DNA of 64,000 nucleotides from Eubacteriales bacterium. GTDB taxonomy: Bacteria > Bacillota > Clostridia > Oscillospirales > CAG-382. The notes under the pieces were generated by a model. The model was given only the letters and a program-made list of their open reading frames with translations. It searched no databases and was not told where the DNA came from. Within the stretch, counting starts at the first letter, position 1; each line of letters opens with the position of its first letter. Location of the stretch: the NCBI GenBank assembly GCA_045592105.1, contig JAZNUB010000069.1, positions 114,273-178,272 on the forward strand. Reading direction: 5' to 3'. Shown piece by piece: positions 58,313-64,000 of this stretch. Made by a program: the position numbers and the translations under genes.

Positions 58313-58411
58313 TTTGCCATAATTTTAGTAAATTGTACACATTGACTTTCAAACTTAGGGTATAGTATAATTGTCAAGCAAATTTCAATTAATTCTTTAA
58401 GGAGAAACACA

Positions 58412-58690
58412 ATGAAAAAGACACTTGCATTAATTTTCGCACTTATTATGGTTGTTTGCAGCTTTGCAGCTTGCGCTGACACCAAAGATGAATCTTCTGC
58501 TGATGCTTCTGTAGACGCTTCCGTTGAAGCTTCCGCTGATGCTTCCGTTGATGCATCTGCTGATGCTTCCGTTGATGCTTCCGTTGATGCTTCTGCTGAT
58601 GCTTCTGTAGACGCTTCCGTAGATGCTTCTGTTGATGCTTCTGTAGATGCTTCTGTAGATGCTTCTGTTGAAGTTTCCGTTGCTGAATAA
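58412..58690 (+). CDS. Small lipoprotein made of tandem D-A-S-(V/A) repeats
   Basis: AAGGAG RBS, signal peptide plus FAAC lipobox, own promoter (TTGACT-18-TATAAT at 58342-71) and terminator. Confidence 0.85.
   Translation: MKKTLALIFALIMVVCSFAACADTKDESSADASVDASVEASADASVDASADASVDASVDASADASVDASVDASVDASVDASVDASVEVSVAE
58502..58681 (+). repeat. 12-bp coding tandem repeat, 15 units
   Basis: GA(T/C)GCTTC(T/C)G(T/C)(A/T) consensus units with synonymous variation. Confidence 0.92.
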
Positions 58691-58707
58691 TTAATAAAAC
58701 GGTAAAT

Positions 58708-58743
58708 AAAAACGGTACACTATGAACTGTGTACCGTTTTTTT
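58708..58743. terminator. Bidirectional terminator
   Basis: AAAACGGTACAC..GTGTACCGTTTT. Confidence 0.8.
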
Positions 58744-59487
58744 CGTTCTATACCAAACAAATTCAAAAGACAAATAAGCAATTGCTGATACAGTTATTAG
58801 ATAAAGTAAAAGTGAAATAATGCTACCGTTTATTGCATTTGAAAAGAGGGAAGGTATAAACATTGTTATATCCAAAATATTAAGTAGCTTAAATACCTCT
58901 ATTGGCTGTAAAACAAATATTAGCTCATAAATGCTAAAACCAAGGTACGCCAGTATAACACCTGATAACCTTATGCCCAAGCTATGCGTGTTTATCAATA
59001 CATAAATAATATAAAAAACCGATAATGGAACGACCGGTGATAACAAATATAAAAGAAATAAAAAAATCGCTCCAACACATGAAACATCAGTTTTTATAAG
59101 ATAAACGGTACACGGCAAAAGCAAAAAGGGTAAAGCTTGTAAAAGGTGCAGGATATATATCGGAAAAACAGAAACCAACAAATCCCTTTTATTATTACAG
59201 CGCTTTGTTATTTTACTTACATACAATGCCTGTGGTTTAAAAATCAAGCTTAAAGCAAAAGCAAGTATACCGTATGCGGTTGCGGATATTTTGCAATAAA
59301 AATCTGTGCAACCTAAAATCATAAGCCGATCATACAGTTTTATGCATACAAGCACAAATGTTAAGCACGCGGCAATATAAAGCATTACTGCGATGGTTAA
59401 ATATGCTTTCTTCCTTTTTATTTTTCCAAATATATCACTTAAAAATGCTTGTAAAGCGTTTTTAAAACATATAGTTTTGTTTTCCAT
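58720..59487 (-). CDS. Hypothetical multi-pass membrane protein
   Basis: About 6 hydrophobic segments; ATG at 59487 after GGGGGTGA. Confidence 0.6.
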   Translation of the reverse strand: MENKTICFKNALQAFLSDIFGKIKRKKAYLTIAVMLYIAACLTFVLVCIKLYDRLMILGCTDFYCKISATAYGILAFALSLIFKPQALYVSKITKRCNNKRDLLVSVFPIYILHLLQALPFLLLPCTVYLIKTDVSCVGAIFLFLLYLLSPVVPLSVFYIIYVLINTHSLGIRLSGVILAYLGFSIYELIFVLQPIEVFKLLNILDITMFIPSLFSNAINGSIISLLLYLITVSAIAYLSFEFVWYRTKKTVHSS

Positions 59488-59496
59488 AATATTAAT

Positions 59497-59532
59497 AATC
59501 ACCCCCAAGAAGCTAAGCGGCTTCTTGGGGAC
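59497..59532. repeat. REP-like palindromic element, copy 2
   Basis: AATCAC-CCCCAAGAAGCT-aagc-GGCTTCTTGGGG-AC. Confidence 0.75.
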
Positions 59533-59544
59533 ACACCAACAATT

Positions 59545-59574
59545 AAAGCCGCGGTAAATAAGCACCGCGGCTTT
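59545..59574 (-). terminator. msmX terminator
   Basis: AAAGCCGCGGT..ACCGCGGCTTT. Confidence 0.75.
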
Positions 59575-59587
59575 ATATTATCTAAGA

Positions 59588-60703
59588 TTAATGAACTATG
59601 ATCTTTTCAGTGTCCTTATCAAAGATGTGAAGCAAATCAGCGTTGAGAGCGAACTTAAGCGTATCACCCTGACGAGCGTGTGTACGGGAAGAAACGCGGG
59701 AGATGAGGTTGCAATCTTCATCAACCTTGAGGTAGAGATAGAACTCAGCACCCATAAGCTCAGAAACTTCAACGTAAGCTTCTATGCAGGAATCCTTGTA
59801 CTGTTCAAGGAATCTTTCTTCGTCGTGAACAAGCTCGGGACGAAGACCACCGATAACTTCTTTGCCGATGTATTCCTGAAGGGCAGGGCTCTTGCTCTTT
59901 TCTTCGGAAAGCTTAATGGAATACTTGGAGAAGTTGAAGTACAAATCTTCACCCTTCTTTTCTATAGAACCGGAGATGAAGTTCATTTGAGGTGTGCCTA
60001 TGAAGCCTGCAACGAAAACATTGGTAGGTTTATCATAGAGGTTTTGAGGAGTATCAACCTGCTGAATAAGACCGTCCTTCATAACAACTATACGTGTAGC
60101 CATGGTCATAGCCTCTACCTGGTCGTGGGTAACGTATACGAAGGTTGTTTGAAGCCTCTGATGAAGCTTTGTAAGCTCGGTTCTCATGGATGCACGAAGC
60201 TTAGCGTCCAAGTTAGAGAGAGGTTCGTCAAGAAGGAAAACCTTAGGCTCACGAACTATTGCACGACCGAGAGCAACTCTCTGCTTCTGACCGCCGGACA
60301 AAGCCTTAGGACGTCTTTCAAGATATGCTTCTATATCGAGGATACGAGCAGCTTCTTCAACTCTGCGCTTGATCTCTTCTTTTCTAACCTTACGAAGCTT
60401 AAGACCGAATGCCATGTTTTCAAAAACGGTCATATGAGGATAAAGAGCGTAGTTCTGGAAAACCATCGCAATATCTCTGTCCTTAGGAGCAACATCGTTA
60501 ACCAGCTTGTCACCGATGTAAAGCTCACCGTCAGAAATTTCTTCAAGACCAGCAATCATTCTCAAAGTGGTGGACTTACCGCAACCGGAAGGACCAACAA
60601 GAATAATAAACTCTTTGTCTTTAATTTCAAGGTTGAAATCGGAAACAGCGGTAACACCGCCCTGATAACGCTTAGTAATGTGCTTAAGGGATAAACTTGC
60701 CAT
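59588..60703 (-). CDS. msmX: Multiple-sugar ABC transporter ATPase (MsmX/MalK/UgpC type), stand-alone
   Basis: [37 protein letters not shown]-terminus. Confidence 0.9.
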   Translation of the reverse strand: MASLSLKHITKRYQGGVTAVSDFNLEIKDKEFIILVGPSGCGKSTTLRMIAGLEEISDGELYIGDKLVNDVAPKDRDIAMVFQNYALYPHMTVFENMAFGLKLRKVRKEEIKRRVEEAARILDIEAYLERRPKALSGGQKQRVALGRAIVREPKVFLLDEPLSNLDAKLRASMRTELTKLHQRLQTTFVYVTHDQVEAMTMATRIVVMKDGLIQQVDTPQNLYDKPTNVFVAGFIGTPQMNFISGSIEKKGEDLYFNFSKYSIKLSEEKSKSPALQEYIGKEVIGGLRPELVHDEERFLEQYKDSCIEAYVEVSELMGAEFYLYLKVDEDCNLISRVSSRTHARQGDTLKFALNADLLHIFDKDTEKIIVH

Positions 60704-60816
60704 TTATAAACCTCCTGTTTATCGCATACATTATGTTGCAAATTCATTTCCTATATCATATCAAATTTGCACCGCAATTGGAAGATGTTATTTAAACAAA
60801 GTTTTATATGCAGTTT

Positions 60817-60831
60817 TGTGCAACTTGCACA
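60817..60831. promoter_or_regulatory. Palindromic site upstream of msmX
   Basis: TGTGCAA-C-TTGCACA. Confidence 0.5.
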
Positions 60832-60852
60832 CATTTTAAAACGCGACAAAAA

Positions 60853-61563
60853 TCAGTGCTTTAGGCTGACAATTTCGTCCTCGGTTAAACTGCGATATTC
60901 CGCATAATTCAAGGCATTATCAAGCGTTACATTGCCAATGGAGATACGCTTTAATTCGGCTATTTCGTTACCAACCGACAAGAACATACGTTTGATTTGA
61001 TGGAATTTGCCCTCGCAAATGGTAATATAGCCGTGTGTTTCGTCTGTTTGCTCCAGCTTTGCGGGGCGGCATACTGTACCATCCTCAAGCACAACGCCCT
61101 TTTCAAATACCTCTATATACTCTGCGCTCATCGGTGCTTTCGTTTCAAATTGATACTTCTTATATACGTGCTTCGTTGGTGAAAGAAGGGAATGAGCAAG
61201 CACCCCATCGTTTGTAAGAATAATAAGCCCTGTAGTATATTTATCAAGCCTGCCAATGCTGAAAAGATCTAAACGCTGTAGCTGTTCGTTTAGAAGCAGG
61301 TTTACTATCGGGCTTGATGGGTCATCCGTTGAGCAAACATAGCCTTTGGGCTTATTCATCATTATATAGATGTATTTTTTATATTCTATTGGCTCTCCGT
61401 CCAAAGTCAGCACGTCAATTTCTGTGGCTTTTTGCGCTACGTCCTTAACTGGTACGCCGTTAAGACAAATCCTGCGCTTTGAAACGGCTTTCTTTGCATC
61501 CTTGCGTGACATTATGCCCGTGGATGCAATTATTTTGTCTATGCGCTCCTTATACTTTTCCAT
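60853..61563 (-). CDS. RsuA-family pseudouridine synthase
   Basis: S4 domain, NKPKG, GRLDKYTTG, EGKFHQIKRM. Confidence 0.92.
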   Translation of the reverse strand: MEKYKERIDKIIASTGIMSRKDAKKAVSKRRICLNGVPVKDVAQKATEIDVLTLDGEPIEYKKYIYIMMNKPKGYVCSTDDPSSPIVNLLLNEQLQRLDLFSIGRLDKYTTGLIILTNDGVLAHSLLSPTKHVYKKYQFETKAPMSAEYIEVFEKGVVLEDGTVCRPAKLEQTDETHGYITICEGKFHQIKRMFLSVGNEIAELKRISIGNVTLDNALNYAEYRSLTEDEIVSLKH

Positions 61564-61575
61564 ATATCCTCGTTA

Positions 61576-62061
61576 TTAATTTGCGGAAGTGTTTTCAAAT
61601 CCGTGAATAAATCCGTTATTATCAACGCTGCAAACATCGCCGCCAACTATTTTGTTGTTGTATATTAATATGTTAGCTAAAACGTTATTTTCTTCCGCTG
61701 TTTCGTAGTTTGTTATCTTATATGTGTATCTTGTAACGGTTTTTCCGCTGTAACGCTTTAGGTTTAGCCCCTGTGAACGCTGTATATCGTTGTACTTTTC
61801 ATAAACGCTGTCAAAGCTTTCGGGTATAGTTACCTTTTCAACTTCTATAGGCGTTTCATCAACCTCGTAGCCAAACTCTTTAAGAAAAGAAACTCTATCC
61901 TCGTTATCTGTTATATTATTGTAGTTGTAATTAACAACCGCAACGTTTCCTAAGTTTTCGGGCTTAGGAATAACAGCCGCAAGGGTTAATAATATTGCCA
62001 TAGAGCATATCAGTAAAGCGAAAAATTTAAGCCGCGAGGCTTTTACGGTATAAACGAACAT
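61576..62061 (-). CDS. Conserved clostridial protein, DUF4830-like
   Basis: MFVYTVK plus TM; R..FL..FGYEV, IPESFDSVYEKYN.IQ..QG..L..Y.GK, IVGGDV. Confidence 0.7.
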   Translation of the reverse strand: MFVYTVKASRLKFFALLICSMAILLTLAAVIPKPENLGNVAVVNYNYNNITDNEDRVSFLKEFGYEVDETPIEVEKVTIPESFDSVYEKYNDIQRSQGLNLKRYSGKTVTRYTYKITNYETAEENNVLANILIYNNKIVGGDVCSVDNNGFIHGFENTSAN

Positions 62062-62088
62062 AAAACCACTCCTTTAAGTATTTACTTA

Positions 62089-62116
62089 AATATATGCGTG
62101 GTCTTGTTAATTATGC
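62089..62116 (-). promoter_or_regulatory. Sigma-E-like promoter
   Basis: Minus strand GCATAA-14-CATATATT. Confidence 0.55.
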
Positions 62117-64000
62117 TATTCGTCCATATACGAAATAAGCTCGTCAAGATAGCTTAGCAATTTGTCGTCCAATGCTTGGCGTTCTTCCTCCAGCTCTTGC
62201 AGTAAAACGTAGTTGCTGGAGTTTTCGTTTGCTTGCTTTTCTATCTCAGCTAAACGCTTTTCTATATTTTCCACTTCGGCGTTTAAAAATTCTTTGCGCT
62301 TTTCTTCACGCCTTCTATCGCTTTTTTCTTTCTTTCTGGCGTTGTAGTCCTTCGCGGCATCCGTTATTTCTTTAGTTGGCTTAACAGCTTGCTCCGTATA
62401 CTTGCGCTGCTCAAGATATTCTGCATACGAGCAGTTGTAAACGTGATATCCGTTATCTAACCCCTTGTCTATTTCAAGCAGGCGGGTGGAAAGGGAAGAT
62501 ATAAAATATCTATCGTGGGAAACGCAAATTAAAGTGCCGCCGTAATTCTTTAGCGCTTCCTCCAACACTTCTTTAGATTGTATGTCCAAATAATTGGTGG
62601 GCTCATCTAAAATCAAAAGGCTTGAACCGGACAGAACAAGCTTTGCAATAGCAAGGCGCGCCTTTTCTCCACCCGAAAGATCGTATACGTTTTTAAAAAC
62701 GTCCTCACCTCTAAAGCCGTAACGAGCAAGCGCGTTTCGAAGCTCGGTCTGTGTCATATTAGGGTAAGCGTTCCAAAGCTCCGTGATAACATCAAGGCTT
62801 TCATTAAGCAGCATTTGCTCTTGGTCATAATAACCCGGTTGTTGGTTATACCCAAGCTCCGAAACGCCGCTATCGGGTGGTAAAACGCCGTTAATTAGCT
62901 TTAATAAGGTAGATTTGCCTGTGCCGTTTCCGCCGATAATGAAAAGCCTATCGCCTTTTTTTAGCTCAAACGAAAGGTTTTCAAAAAGCTTTTTTCCGCC
63001 GAAGCTTTTGGATAAGCCGCGAACGGACAAAACGTCGTAGCTGCTTTTCCTGCTTGTGTTTATTTGTATATTGATAGCAGAGGGTGCATTTTCGGGCTTA
63101 TCGAGCTTGTCCATGCGCGCAATAGCCTTCATTCTGCTTTCTGCGGCGATAATATTACGCTCTCTGTTCCATTTGCGCTGGTTTTGAATGAACGCCTCAA
63201 GCCTTGCTATTTCCTTTTGTTGAAGCTCGTAATGCTTTGCCGCATCCTCAAGCAGCTTCTTTTTCTTTTCCTTAAACTCGGTATACGCACCTTTGTATAT
63301 CATTGAATGCTTATTTTCTATCTCAAGCGTTTCGGTAGTTGTTCTGTCAAGAAAATATCTGTCGTGAGATACGATTATAAAAGTTGCACTTGAAGCGCGA
63401 ATTTGCTCCTCAAGCCAAAGTGTGGATTTGATATCTAAGTGGTTTGTAGGTTCGTCCAAAAGTATAATATCGGGCTCGGACAGTAAAAGTGCCGCCAAAG
63501 AAAGCCTTGTTTTTTGCCCACCGCTAAGCTTTTCTGCGGGCAGTGATAAATCGTTATCTGTAAATCCGAAACGTTTTATCATGGATATAGCTTTGGCTTT
63601 ATATTCGTAACCACCAAGAATTTCAAAACGCTCGCGCAGGGAAGTGTAGCGGTTAATGTCGTCTTGGCTTCCGTTGTGTAGCTGTGCCTCAAGCACGTCA
63701 ATCTCCTTTTCCATATCAGAAAGCGATGAAAACCTTTCAAGTGCAACATCGGAAACCGTTCTTCCTTCAAAAGAGCTATCCGTGTACTGCTCCAAGGTGC
63801 CAAGCCTTAAACCGCTTGCAACGTTAACCGTGCCGCTATCCTGCTTAATAGAGCCTGTTATTATCTTTAACAGCGTGGATTTACCTGCGCCGTTTACACC
63901 TATAACGCCAAGCTTTGTGCCTGCGTTTATAGAAAAGCTTATATCTTCAAGTATTACGTCGGTGCCATAAGAAAGGCTAATACCGTTACAGCTTAAAACA
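62116..64000 (-). CDS. ABC-F family ATPase (5' end outside window)
   Basis: Frame open to the window edge (GVNGAGKST); LSGGQK, LDEPTNHL, linker, GGNGTGKS, LSGGEK, coiled-coil tail. Confidence 0.92.
   Translation of the reverse strand, partial: VLSCNGISLSYGTDVILEDISFSINAGTKLGVIGVNGAGKSTLLKIITGSIKQDSGTVNVASGLRLGTLEQYTDSSFEGRTVSDVALERFSSLSDMEKEIDVLEAQLHNGSQDDINRYTSLRERFEILGGYEYKAKAISMIKRFGFTDNDLSLPAEKLSGGQKTRLSLAALLLSEPDIILLDEPTNHLDIKSTLWLEEQIRASSATFIIVSHDRYFLDRTTTETLEIENKHSMIYKGAYTEFKEKKKKLLEDAAKHYELQQKEIARLEAFIQNQRKWNRERNIIAAESRMKAIARMDKLDKPENAPSAINIQINTSRKSSYDVLSVRGLSKSFGGKKLFENLSFELKKGDRLFIIGGNGTGKSTLLKLINGVLPPDSGVSELGYNQQPGYYDQEQMLLNESLDVITELWNAYPNMTQTELRNALARYGFRGEDVFKNVYDLSGGEKARLAIAKLVLSGSSLLILDEPTNYLDIQSKEVLEEALKNYGGTLICVSHDRYFISSLSTRLLEIDKGLDNGYHVYNCSYAEYLEQRKYTEQAVKPTKEITDAAKDYNARKKEKSDRRREEKRKEFLNAEVENIEKRLAEIEKQANENSSNYVLLQELEEERQALDDKLLSYLDELISYMDE

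Noticed and set aside
58502-58681. Possible CRISPR array
   Set aside because: The 12-bp units are contiguous with no spacers, are protein-coding, and no cas genes are nearby.
58446-58781. Antisense ORF with KHQQ/KHQR repeats
   Set aside because: It is the reverse-strand readout of the DASV repeat; the + strand ORF has the RBS, signal peptide, promoter and terminator.
1-64000. Very frequent AAGCTT hexamer
   Set aside because: Explained by preferred AAG-CTT (Lys-Leu) and related codon pairs; no evidence it is a signal, though I did not compute expected counts.

Overview
A mostly core-genome segment from a low-GC, probably spore-forming Clostridia-like bacterium (inferred from yunB, DUF378 and DUF4830-like genes, sigma-A promoters, a GAAC-N4-GTTC SOS box and mini-RNase III). 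Gene order: ftsH (3' end), TrmH-type methylase, yunB, iorAB, rpmB, gap, tadA-metG-tatD-radical SAM, two zinc-ribbon hypotheticals, a D-threonine-aldolase-family pseudogene, ppdK, pth-mfd-three PrsA-like lipoproteins-tyrS, xpt plus a BMP nucleoside ABC transporter, an XRE regulator and SGNH hydrolase pair, queG-XRE/cupin-rsmA, rpsF-ssb-rpsR, prs, recA-recX-rimO-pgsA-like-cysS-mrnC-lexA, tRNA-Lys(UUU), a 10-gene his operon, trmB, yfbR, dapF-murE, a YdcF-family gene, an aminopeptidase, a repeat lipoprotein, msmX, a pseudouridine synthase and an ABC-F ATPase (5' end outside the window). I saw no CRISPR array, transposase, integrase or phage gene. The best second-look items are: (1) a terminator/antiterminator leader upstream of xpt that lacks the purine-riboswitch core; (2) a stand-alone lipoprotein made almost entirely of 15 DAS(V/A)-type repeats; (3) three tandem, catalytically eroded PrsA-like lipoproteins; (4) a twice-occurring REP-like hairpin; (5) a possible recA-to-lexA operon under one SOS box; (6) a PgsA with a degenerate catalytic motif; (7) an Arg-to-Gly change in the PPDK PEP site; (8) a 50-aa membrane protein absent from the ORF track. 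All family calls come from recognising motifs by eye; no database searches were run.
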